Of a DNA stretch of 64,000 bases, positions 26,257 through 39,900 are shown one piece after another. The stretch is from Xylographa opegraphella (Eukaryota): NCBI GenBank assembly GCA_022813865.1, contig JALDZX010000003.1:558001-622000 (forward strand), read 5' to 3'. Position 1 is the first letter of the stretch. The number at the start of each line of letters is the position of its first letter. The translations under genes were made by a program, and so were the position numbers. The notes beneath the pieces are model-generated. The model had not been told where the DNA came from and searched no databases. It saw nothing but the letters and a program-made list of their open reading frames with translations.

Positions 26257-28037
26257 TCACTCGGAATCGCTCTCATTGTATTCGTCGGCATCTGGATCTG
26301 TTCGTACGTTAGAATTAGTCCCCACAAATACGATGAGAGACTTTACCCCGTGCCAGAGTATAATCAAACCGTCCTTCTACCTTCATGGACAGGGCTTCTT
26401 GTACAGTATTTTGCTCTTCGTCGCTCAATGCGCTCTCTGGGTCCGCCATCATTACAGCGAGAAACAAGCCCCAGTTACCTTCTCCGAGTTTCGAAATGTA
26501 TTCAAGAAGCCCGTCAGCTGTAAAGCTACTCCAGGCATTGATATCCAACCGGCGTAACGAGCGAAGTAGTTTCAGATATGACCAAACTTGATCCGTGATT
26601 CCCCATGCGCTTATCCACAGAGATTCCAACTCGGGTAAACTGCTCGCCAGCAAGCAGATATGCTCATCTCGAAAGAAATCGGATACATTACTTAATCTTA
26701 GATCCACCAAATGAACGATCTTGCAAAGGGATGACACCAACACATTGATATCGCAACCTTCTCCGTCACTTTTCAGCACAATGCTTTTTAGGCTCTGCTG
26801 ATGAGCCAACGCCTAGTGGAAATCTTTCGCCTTGGACGCTGCATAGTCGGTAACCTCTAATCTGACCAGGCGTATATTGCTCTCCAATAGAATCGGTGTC
26901 AAAACTGCTGGACCACTCAAGAATTTGTGGAACGTAATGCTTTGAAGGTTTCTGCAGTCTCGAAGCCAACTTATGACCTCGAGAAATATGTCGTTCTGCG
27001 TGTGTTCAAGGTCTGTAGATCCTATTGTCTCCGCGAGCGATAGCGTCTTCAATGCAGTGCAACCCTTCAGCATTGACAAGGCAGGCATCGCCTCTGGTTT
27101 GATGTTATCGAGCTTGAGGTCTAACAGTGATCTACTGTGACAGTTCAGCGCCAGAAAGCTTTCCGCCCCGATGTCCGAGTAACTGATAATCTCGAGGCTC
27201 TCCAGAGATTGCGGCCGTAGGTCTTGAAGGAAAGCTGCAAATAACGGATCCGTATCTGGGGCGGACCATGTGTAGAAACGCAAGATCTTGAAACCAGGAC
27301 AATGTATATGCAAATAACGGATCCGTATCTGGGGCGGACCATGTGTAGAAACGCAAGATCTTGAAACCAGGAGAATGTATATGTAAGAAATTGCCAACTC
27401 CATTAGCCAAAGCGGCACCATTCCAGAGCGTGATTTGCTGCAGTTTCGGAAGCTTCGGTATCCAGCGAAGCAGCGCAGCCGGTGTGATCTCTCCATGAAG
27501 CTCCTCCAGAACAGGAGTCTGATTGGTGATAGCTTCACCAATTGCCTCCAAAGTTGCAATGATGTTCAATCGCAATGGACGCTTTGTTTTGCTTTTGACC
27601 TTCACGGGGGTCTCCATCTCCTTGCGGAACTGTGAGAGCTCGCCAGAGAAGAAGTCGTTACCAAAGTCGGCGCGAAACTTCTCGTCCTCCAGTAGGTCCT
27701 TGAGATCTCGTAGGTCTAGGGCGCGAATATAGCGACAATATGGGTACATGGTCTGGCTCAGGCTGGATAGAATTATTGTTTTCCACAGATGTACCCATCT
27801 AGAAACAGCTTGATTTTGCTGTGTAGTGCCATCACCAGACCTCCCTTGTCGTGCTGCGACTTCAACCTCGTCACTTCCACCGAGCTTCACGTTATGCATC
27901 CGGTAAAGATACACTATTGCTGGCAATGCGAGCTGTTTACAGGAAATGCACAGATTGAACAGCGTTCCAAAGTCTTTCTGGTACCATAACTGATCGCTAA
28001 TCATAAGCAACACATCATCGGGGAGAAAGCGCGTCAT
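26257..28037 (-). pseudogene. F-box-like / LRR (RNI-like) protein gene disrupted by a frameshifting duplication and an in-frame stop
   Basis: Starts MTRFLPDDVLLMISDQL (F-box-like) followed by LxxLxL repeats. A 73-bp duplication at 27236-27381 shifts the frame. TAG at 26813-26815 interrupts KDFH*ALAHQQ. Last intron 26297-26346, ending DPDADEYNESDSE*. Confidence 0.75.
27236..27381. repeat. 73-bp tandem duplication, one mismatch
   Basis: tgcaaataacggatccgtatctggggcggaccatgtgtagaaacgcaagatcttgaaaccagga(c/g)aatgtata occurs at 27236 and 27309. Confidence 0.97.
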
Positions 28038-29359
28038 TTTGGGAGTCTTTCAACTCTATCTATACTATCTGTATGAATTCAATGCACTGATATAGGTTCG
28101 ATCAGGGTCGGCCGCGGTTTTAATACTCCAGGACGCGTCGCAAGGTCTTCGCACGATTTTGCAGCGCCAACAATGACGTCACTAATAGAATATTGAACAG
28201 TGAGCACTCAAAGGCAGCACTGCTATAATGCATTAGAGACAAGACTATATTGATATGAGTTTGGACTCAATCGTATTCCAGGTAAACTGTATCCATTGCT
28301 CCTCTGGATCATTAGGATAGCCTTTTTGGCATTACGAAGTTGTAATTTCTCCACACGTTAATGACCAGGGGAAATGTCTGCTTCGGTTGACATGAAGTCC
28401 TCCATACGTATGTCTACCTGCAACAGCCTGAGGGAAGGATTGCTTCTGTTTGAACATTAAGCCTCCGGAAGATATGATGCCACAAGAGGCGTCGCGACTT
28501 TACAAGTGTACAGTCCCTGCCTCCAGTCTTCAAGGAAACGGACAATTTAATGCCCTTATTCTTCGTCTCAGATATATCTACGTTGCAAAATAGCTGAAAA
28601 TTCTCTTATTGCTCGTTCCTGGTTTATTTTCACATGCTCTATTCCCCCTTGCTATTCTTCAATCATACCATTAGTTACTTGTACAATGGCAGTTTCTACC
28701 AACCCTGAAGCGGGCTAGGAGGCTCTGGGGACGACTGAAGGATTGAATGCCGTTGTATGGATGTTTCCTGAGGGGCCGGGCACAAGCGCACCTGGATCAG
28801 GCCAAGAGACCTTTCGAAGGAAGCCATGGCATACAGACTTGAGTGGTGTCGGGAGAGGATGTTTAAAAAAGCTGGGATAAGAAAAAATTTAAGGGGCCCT
28901 ATACTGGCAACGTACAAATGGGTTGGCGGTCTGAAATCGAAGAATGCTGCGTGTGAGGACATGGCAAATGTTTCACAAAGATCTGCTGTTGACATGATTT
29001 GTTGAGCCTTGCTCTAAAACCAGACCGTGTGAGATATCGGACGTGGGCCAGTCCGCGAACATCACACGGGTCCATGGAGATAAAAGCGGATACAATTGGG
29101 TATCCATATCGATATCATCTTGCTTCTCGCTTTCATAGCTTATTGTTCGATCCCAAGGGAGGAGCAGTATAGTTCAGAAGCTGTTATCGCGCCTTAAATT
29201 CCACGGTGACTACTGCTTGTGACGAGCTGGCCACCTCTCTATAAACTCTTGAGTTCCGAGAAAATACCTCTGGTAAGCAGATCAGATGCGTATCTACTTA
29301 TTCAGTTCGCTTCCAGCCAACCGTCTAGAAGTCCGGAACCTGAATCAACTTCCCGATTT

Positions 29360-31523
29360 TCAAAGCCCAAACTCATGTATGCCCTGTGGCCCCAAATCAT
29401 TATACTCCGATCTTGACATGAACCCCTTGCTCAAGCCTTGATCCACAATAAACACCACCTTCGCTGCGACCTGCGCACCCAGGAATGCCGCTTCTTCTGT
29501 TCCTATATCCTTCCACTCCGAGAAATACTCAGGCATTTTCGCCACCTTGATGGACGTCGGGCTTTGTCCGTGACTGGAGTGCTGTTGCTGGCGATACTGC
29601 TGTTGCTGTAGCTGAGAATGCAAGTGTTGGTGGGCACCAGGAGGCGCAAGTGTGGGGTTCGAGGCGGTAGTCGCGGCGAGCAGGAGCGGATTAACACCGG
29701 GGCCGTGATGGCCAAGCTGGCCAAGTTGTCCTTGGGGCTGTGATTGTGGTTGAGGGGTGTTCGCGCCAGTGGCGAGTGGGGTAGAGATATTAGAGGGGAG
29801 CTCGGAGGTGAAGATTGTGGCGCTGGAAGGGGAGATGAGGTATTTCGAGGTCAGGTTTGCAATGAGGCCGTCTTTGAAACCTTCACGTAGGCGCTAAGTC
29901 AGTACGCAGATGGGGTCAGTGGACGGCAAGACTTTACCTCTGACTTTACTGCCATTACCGAGGATGATCAGAGAGTCCCAGAGCTCGCTGCGCTTGCCCA
30001 CCTCAGGAACGGAGAGCACGCAGCGGTGGATAGAGTCCGCAACCTGGTCGAGGATACCGGCGTCGGCGGCGCGGAAACGCTCAACGCCCACTTCGATGTC
30101 TTTACGGACGAACATGGAGGTTCCTCTGTTGCGCCGCCGCTCTTCCTTTCGGCTGATGCTTGAAACGTCGCCTTCAGTGACGGCCTCTGGTGTTTTTTGC
30201 CTTTTCGAATCGCCACTTTCAGCAGCGCCTTCAGGCTCGTTGACTCGCTTCCCATTACCGTTAAGCTCATCAAGAGACCGCCGCTCGTCGTAATGTAACG
30301 TGGCTTTCACGCGTTGCGAATTCGGTAGCCTTTTCGGCGCTGCAGCAGCATCCGCGGCGGCTTTTTTGACTGCCGCTTTCTCCGCCTTTTCACGCTCTTT
30401 CTTCGCCAAGAATTCGCTGGTCTTGCCGCTTGCCACGATACTGGCGACGTCCAAGACACCATCATCATTCTCGGCATCTTTCACATTGCCATCCAGATCG
30501 TCCTCTATGATAGCAGGACCGGCTCCGATAGTGCTCACAAAGCCGCCCTGACCTGCAATATTTCCTCTAGCGGAACCATTCATGACAGTTGGTACTGGGG
30601 CCCCAGAATTTGTCATGTCTTTGTCCGACTCCCCTTCTTCTGGAAGAGGCATGCTTGGAGGGAGGACTTCACATATAATACTCTTTTTCAATTGCTCGCA
30701 CATGTCTCTTGTGAAGCCTTTGGGTTCAAGAAGCTCCAATAGCCTCTGCGTCATCCCTTCCCCGCCGCATCCTGATATCGAAATACCCCTTCCAAGGTGG
30801 CTGATGAGAAAGTCATTGACGGCCGTGACGTCGCACTTGTCATAACCAATATCCACAACTGTAGCTGTGGGCACCCCAAATGCATAACAGACTGCTAGTG
30901 CCGAGTCCATCAAACAGAAAGCTGGGGTCTTAAATTTCTCGAAAAAAAATTGTGTAAGGGTTTCATAATCTTGTTCTGTCCACGCAGGCTGTGCGATGAG
31001 TAAGATAGGCGTATGAAAGGGAGGGCTCAATGTATTGTAAACATGGGTAAGAAGGGCGAAGAAACAGGACCAGTTGGTTACTCGCCCTTCTTTCAATGGA
31101 TAGACTGCGCCATCGTCCGTGGAAGGATCCTCTTCATATATTATTTCCTCATCCGCCTCGTGTATGTCCCCTTCCGGCGCATCGTCCATTTTTGTGTCCT
31201 CGCCATCGGTCCCTTCCGCTGCGAACCCGACGACAGCTTTCCTCACTTTCGTCTCGCGCACTTTCAATGGTTCCCATTCTCCAGCCTTCTCCGCAGGAAA
31301 CATGCGTGTTGAGATGCGCAGTCGAGCAGGTGTAAATGACTCAGGAAGACCAAGCTGCGCAAGGGTTGTCTGAGACCCAGGTGCTATTATCTGGGATTCG
31401 AAAAGTTGTTAGCCAAACCAGATCGCTCAACTCTCTCTCATTGCGCCAGCAATCAGGACGGCGCAGTTCAGTAATGAAAGCTCGGGAACTTACCAGCACA
31501 TGCTCGTCCTTGAAAGGCGGCAT
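29360..31523 (-). CDS. ARP9: Actin-related protein Arp9 (RSC/SWI-SNF subunit)
   Basis: MPPFKDEHVLIIAPGSQTTLAQLGLPESFTPA, FFEKFKTPAF, TATVVDIG, FLGAQVAAKVVF, GPQGIHE. Introns 31391-31493 and 29881-29937. Confidence 0.93.
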
Positions 31524-32235
31524 GATGCGCAACACAATTGTGATAATGTGCACCCACTATGAAGTGGAGTCTCAACCTCGGGAAACTCTAGACTACTAGG
31601 GTTAGGAGCTCTACACAGTCGAGACAGTCTCACAGTACACGACGCGCCAAACGGTTTTTTAGCGTGATTTAATTTTGGACCTAGTCCTACCCCTGGCCTT
31701 ACCATTGTCGATACCTCAAGCTAAAATCGATCGATTGCAAATCTAGGTATCTTAGCCAGTGATGGATAATTGTTTGATTACCGTTCTACAGCTCACTTGA
31801 AACTCGAAAACGATTAACAAGAACCTTATGTATCAGTTCCTGTGGCTGTGACCCATATCCTACCTTCTTATAATTCTTGGTGTCAAAGAAAGTAAATTGC
31901 ACACCTTCCGTGTGAGAGCAACCGCCCGACAATATATCATGTCTCCTCGATTATGTTCCTACAATGGCTCTGTGTAAGTTTAGCGGTAGGAAACCTTTCA
32001 GCACATACCGTACAGCCAACTTGGTTTAGGATGACCATACAATCGACCATACAAGGTAGAATCTGAGAAGTAGAAGCGACGAAGTCTTTCAGGCGGACTT
32101 CAGACTGGGTTTCTGGAGAATGTAATCTTGAGCACCGCTAATGGCCATCACCAGGAGTGCTAGCTGATGGCATATAGTACGCTGAACCCAGCGTTCAGCA
32201 TTGAATGTGGTTGGTATCCACTATTGGCCTACTCT

Positions 32236-33965
32236 CTATGCCGAATGTCTGGCCAGCTCATCTAATAACCGCACAGTCTCAACTGGGTTTGCTATCCAGG
32301 CTGTTGTGCATGCAGATCTTGCCTGAATCACATTAGCGAATGCATTATCCGCAACGCCTGGTCAGCATATCGAGATAAATACTTTGAAGTCGTTGGCACC
32401 AGCAGAAAGAAATTGGTCACCAATGTGTAATGTACGACTTCCTGGTATCCCGCCAAGGTAGTTCTGGCATGCCAAAACTCCCCAGGATTTGTCTCCTATA
32501 TCCACGAATACATCGTTGCCTCCTACACATTCTGGTCATCAATGGATTTCATGGGAACAGGAAAACAATAATGTAAAGTTCAGTCACTATTGAATATTAC
32601 GATGAAACATACCATTAAATGCACAAAACGGGAGGACTCTCCCAACTGGCGAAATCTCAACGACCTGCTGCGTCACTAAAACTGTCTCTTCCAGTTGCTC
32701 TCGGGTAAATCTCCCAGCGAGAGGATGATTGCTGCGAATGATGCCAACAGCTCGTTCTTTTCGCAGTATATCGGCCGACAAACCAAGGGTTCTGATGCAG
32801 TCCCGGAGCGCTGCTTCAGCGACGTCAAGAAGAGTTTTGATGTCATCTTCAGTCCACGCTTTCATTTCGTTGAGCATCCAAGCTTCCCTGGGGACATATT
32901 TCAGTAGGTTGGGGGAGGATGCATCGAAGCTGAAAAGGTAGTTACTCTCGCCTCCGACGACGAGGAGAACCGGATTGTTCAAGATCCTGTCATTGACGGC
33001 GCTGTTCACAGCTTCGAGCAAACCGATAAGACGGCCATAATACTTCTCGGCCTCTGAGTAGCCAGCAGCCGTAACAATGGCAATCTTCGTTCCTCGTTTT
33101 AGCATGTCTATAATTCGATTAATGACTGGGTTCTCTGCAGTCAAGCACTCGCCATCATTGTAGAGCGTAACGTCACCATCAAAAGTGACCAGTTCAGGGG
33201 GTCCGCCTTCTTCGATTATACCCATGATTTGGGCGGTATTGAGAATCAGGCGAATGTCATTGAACGAAGGGGCTACGAAACGGCGAGAGCTGATCCGACG
33301 CTCTGAATCCTGGAACTGAAACGCCCTCTCTAGAAGAATTGGCGTGAAGAATACTCCTACGGACGGGACCAGAAGCTTAAGCTTCGATCGTCCTTGAGTG
33401 CCTCTTCTCTGATGTGCGACTAAGTAGAAGATTAACAGGCTCTTCATGTATGAGAGTATATTGAGACAACACACTATGATCATTGATCAGCTCCTCCACA
33501 TCCTGCATGATTTCGCCATATCGGCGGTGAGCTCTGAGAGCCATCTCGGCAAGTTTTTCATCGCAATCGCCGTACGCGGCAGTGGGCTGGGAATAGAGCA
33601 CGAAGGGAACAGCCAGCAGTCCCTACACAGACATTGTGGTTGGCATTGTAGAATAGAAGTAAAGGCCACGAGTTGCGGTATGGCATAGACATGAGACCGA
33701 CCTTGATCCATTCTATCTGCGAATGGCTTTGATTAGATAGCCCATAGTCCAAAATAATAGGACCCTACACTTACCAGTTGATCTCTACGATGCGTCTAAA
33801 GAGCCCGGCATTGATCTCAGCACTAGTATTGAGCTGTGGTTCCGTGATGCGTTCAGTGTCAATTGCTCACCTTCAGAGCATCTAAGTAAGTTAGCATAAG
33901 ACTGGCATTCAGTTGGGCAGGGGAAGCTAAGGTCGGCTACATTCTACACGATATCTTGTGGTCAT
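32236..33965 (-). CDS. ISN1: IMP-specific 5'-nucleotidase 1
   Basis: MTTRYRVEYALKTHRRDQLIEWIKGLLAVPFVL, FVAPSFNDIR, LVTFDGDVTLY (HAD motif), FNGGNDVFVDIGDKSWGV, LHIGDQFLSAGANDFKAR. Seven introns. Confidence 0.96.
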
Positions 33966-34692
33966 CTTGCAAGTATCGAATGATGGTTATGGGTGGCTTC
34001 CTTCGACCCTACTTCGGCGAGTTTCCGGCGGAAAATGATTGGCGTTGGAATCTATTGGTCGTTCCAGAATAATTGTCTTTGGAAAGATAGATAATGAGTT
34101 ACAGATTCAATGTCTGTGGATATTCTTACTACAGATTTTAACATTATACAAGGATTTAGGTCAAGAAGCACTGGAAGCAATACGGAAGTCATCAGGTGTG
34201 TACATAAGCAGTGCTTTGTCTCGATCTTACGTGAGGCTGTGGTTCCGGTGTCTGGTTGCTCATACATAGAACTGGCTACAAAAGTAGCAAATAGATATTT
34301 AGTTCATGGGCTACTGAGATACAGGATGTTCAATTCGGAAAAAAAAAAACTTAACAATAGTCCGAGCTCTTCGGCCATTCGGTTTATCTAAAACTGTAAC
34401 CCGCGCACGCTTTTCGCAATCCCATCAAGTGTCGTTAAAACAGAAGCCATCAATTGAAATAGTTGTAATAATACAAGTCTTCAGCATCATCAGAAGTGAA
34501 AGTCATCGTAACATCAGATTTCGTGGCCAAAATGTTGTGTTATGGCCGGAACTGCCGCGCAATCAGAATGCAAGCTTCAGCGCCTTTACCGGGGAGACTC
34601 GTGGTGAAAGTTGTCTCTGGTGACAGGTGAAGCAGCCGATTTTGTTGGTATCAACTTTTGCCAGATATGTTTCTTCGCCAGCTGAGTTGTCA

Positions 34693-35950
34693 TCAGCTTC
34701 CACTGGGACCCCAATAATCTTTTTGTTGTGGTTTTTGCCTCCGTTGTTGTCTATCGAAGCCCCTTTCATGTTTTTTGCTGGTATCCACGTTCTCAGTAGC
34801 GTCTAGTTCAGCTCTAAAAGCTGTTCTATCATCTTCGATGTTCATTCGATATATTGGATGAGTGAGAGGATTGGCGGACACAGGCGACTGAGAATTGGTA
34901 GAAAGATTCGAAATTTTGAGACCATTCTTTGGCAGCTCTGGTGAGACTTGAATTGAGTGGCTGCCAGCTATTGTTGAGCTTCGCGAAGGTAGTTCATACG
35001 AGCGTTGCGAACGCGACTGCTTGATTCTGGAGTCTGAAAAGGGCATCGATCTCGGCTTTTCATCGGCCACAAATCCCGCGAATGGTTGATGACTTCGGAT
35101 GGGACTGATTGGGGAGGAGTCTAAGAAATCACCTAATTAGTTTTTGGCGACAGGGAAGAGTTACGCAATATGTAGGCATACCAGTATAAGGACTATCCTT
35201 CGTTTCTAAGAACGTACCCATTCCAGGGGGGATTCTTGATCCAAATGCTTTCAGGCCAAGTATCGAAGAGGAGCCTGTTGCTGTGCTCATACGCTTACGA
35301 GACTTCGCAGTCCGCCGCCACCACCAGAAATATATCACTGCAAGCATCCCTACTATGGCAACCCCACCAACACAGCCGCCTGCTATGGCGCCTGCAGGAA
35401 CGGACTGAACTGAAGGAACGGGCTGAACTGTAGGAGCGGGCGAATTCGCAGGGTTTGCCATTTCACTCGATATGGCTACTATCGAAGGCATCGCCGAGTT
35501 GGGAAGTGGTGTGCTGGTAGAGGAAGGCAATGAGATAGAAGTCGATAATGGTGACGGTGCAAAAGTCGAGGTCGATGCCGAACTACTAATGCTTGTGCTT
35601 TCGAAAGCGGCTGCGATCGCGGGATTCGAAGACAGAAAACCTGCGGTTAGGTCGCCCGTTGGGCAGCCGGTCGCACATGGGCTTGTCTTACAACATCCCA
35701 TGAATGGTGGTGATGTGTGTGCGCACGTATACCATTCACTACCCGTGGGACATTCCTGGTCTGGAAAATCTCCCCAATAGGTAGGGTCGAAGCTTGCCGG
35801 CTCCAAGCCACCATCCGGACAGCCTAGCTGGCATGGATCGTTCACTGCCTCGCAGCAGCCGACGAAAAGGGTGCCTGATGTACACGCATACCAGCTGCCA
35901 CCGCTTGGACAAGAAGGGCCAAACACTTGTCTGGCAAGAATCTCGGACAT
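34693..35950 (-). CDS. Single-pass membrane protein: duplicated Cys-rich domain, Ser/Thr stalk, TM helix, cytosolic tail
   Basis: Two CPxGxxWYxC...FxGCC...PC..GCP units, S/T/P-rich linker, IAGGCVGGVAIVGMLAVIYFWWWRR. Intron 35121-35181 joins the tail exon. First in-frame ATG is at 35950. Confidence 0.85.
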
Positions 35951-36988
35951 AATGAGTATTGTAAGATAAAAGAAGGTAGTGATGGCGATAATCGTGGAAA
36001 GAAACCACAAAGTCCGCAACGAACCGGTGGAGAAAAGAGGCAGAGACAGAGGTAGAAGATAAAGCCAAAGGACGATCCAACCTTATGGCAATAGTGAAAC
36101 TAAGATATAGGGAGCGATGGCAGCCATGGAGCCTTGCCAACCTACCACAGTAGTGCAAACCCGACATTATGCATTACGTCGAATACGGTATCAGCCCCTC
36201 CAATTTCTCATCACCCATAGACAATCATGAGGTGTGCGTTGGTACGGCGTAGGGTAAGGACTTATCGTCTTAAAGACATACGTTTTTCCTTTTGCATCAG
36301 CTAGTCATGCCGGTAGTGGGTACACATTCTCAAGATGCCAGTGAGCGCCCCATCATGAAGACAAACAGTCGAGTGGCCTAGACATGCGAGCACGAAACCC
36401 GCAATCTCCAAAAGGGAATGAAAGTGTTGCTGTATGAACAGCAGTCCTACCTAACCAACAGTCGGCCGTACATATGGATGGATAGCACAATACACCCATT
36501 GGTGCGCGTAGGCGACCTTAAACCTCGAAGCATAGCTTTTGAGGAGAGTAGGTAAGCATCTGGGCATGTCGACAACGCCATAACATACTGACTGCCAAAA
36601 GCTGAGACGTCGAGGCATGAAGTGGTCAATGCATGATTTGCCCGTCTCGCCCTTTTAGGACAAAGACGCTAGAAGCATTAGGATAAGTCAAGGTACCTTA
36701 CTTACCTCGGTACCATACCTACTTAAGGTACGCGAAACAGCGGGCGCTAGCCGGATTTGGAGGCTTGTCAAGTCACCGGAGCTCGAGGAGCTAAGGGACG
36801 CTCTGTTCACAGAAGAATGCAGTAACGAGACGCAGTGCAAGGTCTTTGAAGCGATATCTGATGCAAAGAAATGGCGTATCTACGACCGTGGCCTCTGATG
36901 CGGAACCGAGAGTGCCGGAAAGCTGTACCATAAACACCACAGTCACCGCTTCTTCGATACTCATTAGTTACGTCAAGTAGACTGGACG

Positions 36989-39900
36989 ATGTCAAATGCG
37001 ACTTCCGCTGTCGTGACTACTGGAGACGGTAGCTCTGGCTTTGCGCTGAGCCATTTCCTTCTTGTATCCGTGAAGGTGATCCCCAGTATTCTGTACTGGC
37101 TCATTACGTTTGTGTCAATTACCCTTCCAACATGGCTGTTCACGCTGTTCTCCACCAGCTTGACTTTCACGATGAATTTCACAACATTGTACGGCAATCA
37201 CTCCATTCTTGAGTTGCTCCTCTGACTTTGATACAGGCTTCTCATAGTCCTTGCCTTTGCCTCCACTATCAGCTGGATAGTGCGTTATCGATTCCTCAAT
37301 ATGTATGCCCGACTTCCCCCAGAGCCACAACGCAAAGAGCCTCAAATCGAGCTTTTCCCAGATACTCATGATGGAGACTCGAAGCCTGGCCTAGCGAATT
37401 ATCTTGACGAGTTTCTGAGTGCTATCAAAGTTTTCGGGTACCTTGAACGGCCGGTATTTCACGAACTAACGCGGACAATGCAAACAAGGAAACTCATCGC
37501 AGGAGAGACTTTACTTTTGGAGGAGGAGAAAGGGTTTTGTCTCGTTGTGGACGGACTAGTTCAGATCTTTGTAAAGTCAAGTAGAGATAGCCGAGCTTTT
37601 GACGACGAGCCATGGATGAGTGGAGGGGGCCAGTCCTACGAGGAAGAGGACGAGCAAAAGAATGCCCACCAAGGTTACCAATTGCTGACCGAAGTCAAGA
37701 ATGGTGCACCTATGTCTTCATTATTTTCTATTCTCTCCCTGTTTACGGAAGATGTGAAATTGCGACATAATGATGAAGACGATATGGCATTAGCGTCTGG
37801 TACTTTTAGTTCAGAATTTGGATATGGCCAGAACCCCGAGCTCACATCGGCCAATGTTTCGAATATGCCAGAAAGCCCTTCGAATCTCAACTTACAGCAT
37901 TCACGCCGACCAAGCACAGTAGCAGCAAACGGTCAGCTGCCACAGATCCCCCCTCTACACTTAGATTCCCTGGAAGGTAATCAGCTAAGTGACTCAACCA
38001 ATCGTTTGCTCAAGCAATCCTCACAAAATGCTCAACGACGAAAATCGGTTCATCCCGACATCGTTGCTCGGGCGACAGTGGATACAACGATCGCCATCAT
38101 TCCAGCTACTGCCTTCCGACGCCTCACAAGGGTCTATCCAAAAGCAACAGCTCATATTGTACAGGTTATCCTCACTCGTCTCCAGCGTGTAACGCTTGCC
38201 ACTGCACACTCTTATCTGGGTCTTACATCTGAGGTTCTACGTACTGAAAAGCACATGAATAGATATACCACATATGACCTGCCCAACCATCTTCGGGGCT
38301 CTGCATTGAACAGACTCAAAGACAAATTTCTGCGTGAAAGAGAGAGACTTGATTCGATCGAAGAGGGAATGAAAGGGATTGCTCTACATAATCCCAAAGC
38401 GGCCAGACGACGGAGGTCAAGTAGCACTCTGCGTAAGGAGATATTAGCACCGCTGAAATCAACCGTAAGGCACCACGGCACACGACCTTCAGGATCAGGC
38501 GCCTCAGATCAGTTACATCACCGGTCAAGTGTTAGCCCAGGCGATTTGTTGGGCAATCTTCAAGTGGCAAGATCTGGCAATTCCCAACCAACAACATCGG
38601 TAGAAGAAACGTTTACATCCCAGTCTTTGCCACAAGGAGCTCGCGAGAGTCTTAGTCCCTTGGAAGAGGCTGAGCGTCCGCCTTTCCTACCTTCATCTCG
38701 CCCCAACAGCCTTCATTTGCAGCGTCAAGAGTCGTTAGACGACGAGGATCTTTTTCGTCAGTCAATACTGACTTGTATGTCCAAAGCTATTGGTCTTACA
38801 CATTTGAAAAATCCTTTTCAGAGGCCGTCAGAATCCGTTGAGCAGTCACCAAGAATGGTATCATACGATTCACGGCGCCAAATGGCCACATTCAGCAATG
38901 CCTTTGGATTCATAGATCCATATGAGGGCTCTGGAGAAGGCGATTCGGAATCGGTCACATCTGTTTCTGCAATGAGTAACGGTGGGTCTGTATTGGGAAC
39001 ATCTACTCTGAATGCAGAATCGCGTGATGAGATAGAAATAGTGTATTTCCCAAAAGGTGCTGTACTTGTTGAACAGGGGGAAAGAAATCCGGGTCTGTAT
39101 TACGTGATCGATGGATTCTTGGATGTCAGTATTCCTGCGGAGGACAAGTTAGCGGAGCCTAGGATGTTCGACGATAACAGAATGAATACACATGTCACGG
39201 ACGATTTGCTGCCGCCTCTTACAAGAGCAGCTACGAATTCATCTCGGGCGTCTTCGATACGAGGTACGACTTCAGGGGTCAGAAAAAGACAACAACCGCG
39301 TAAGAGCTTGTTCATGATAAAACCTGGGGGCCTTGCGGGATACGTTGGTACGATTTCTTCTTATAGATCCTTCGTCGATGTCAGCGCGAAGACCGATGTG
39401 TATGTGGGCTTTCTTCCCCGATCTTCGTTGGAACGTATCGTTGAGAAGTATCCCGTCGTTTTGTTGACAATGGCGAAGCGCCTTACAAGCCTTCTGCCAC
39501 GTCTGATTTTGCATATTGATTTCGCTTTGGAATGGGTCCAGGTAGATGCTGGTGAGGTGATTCATCACCAAAATGACGAGAGCGATGCCATTTATATCGT
39601 TCTCAATGGCCGTCTCAGAGCAATACACGAGAAGCCGGATGGCTCCATGCGCGTTGTTGGAGAGTACGGCCAGGGTGAGAGTGTTGGGGAACTTGAAGTC
39701 ATGACCGAATCTGCGAGACCAGCTACACTACATGCCATCAGAGATACAGAGCTCGCGAAATTTCCCAAAACTCTCTTCAACAGTCTGGCATTGGAGCACC
39801 CGGGAATCACAATTAAGATTTCCAAGATTATCGCTCAGCGGATGAGAGCTTTGATTGAGGATCCACTTTTAGAGCAAGGCAAGGAGAAAAAATCAGCAGC

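Noticed and set aside
24896..26300. TPP riboswitch near thiD
   Set aside because: No TPP aptamer consensus seen in the introns or leader.
26052..26327. ORF ending 2 nt before the thiD ATG, suggesting translational coupling
   Set aside because: The spliced last exon of the upstream gene uses another frame and stops at 26257.
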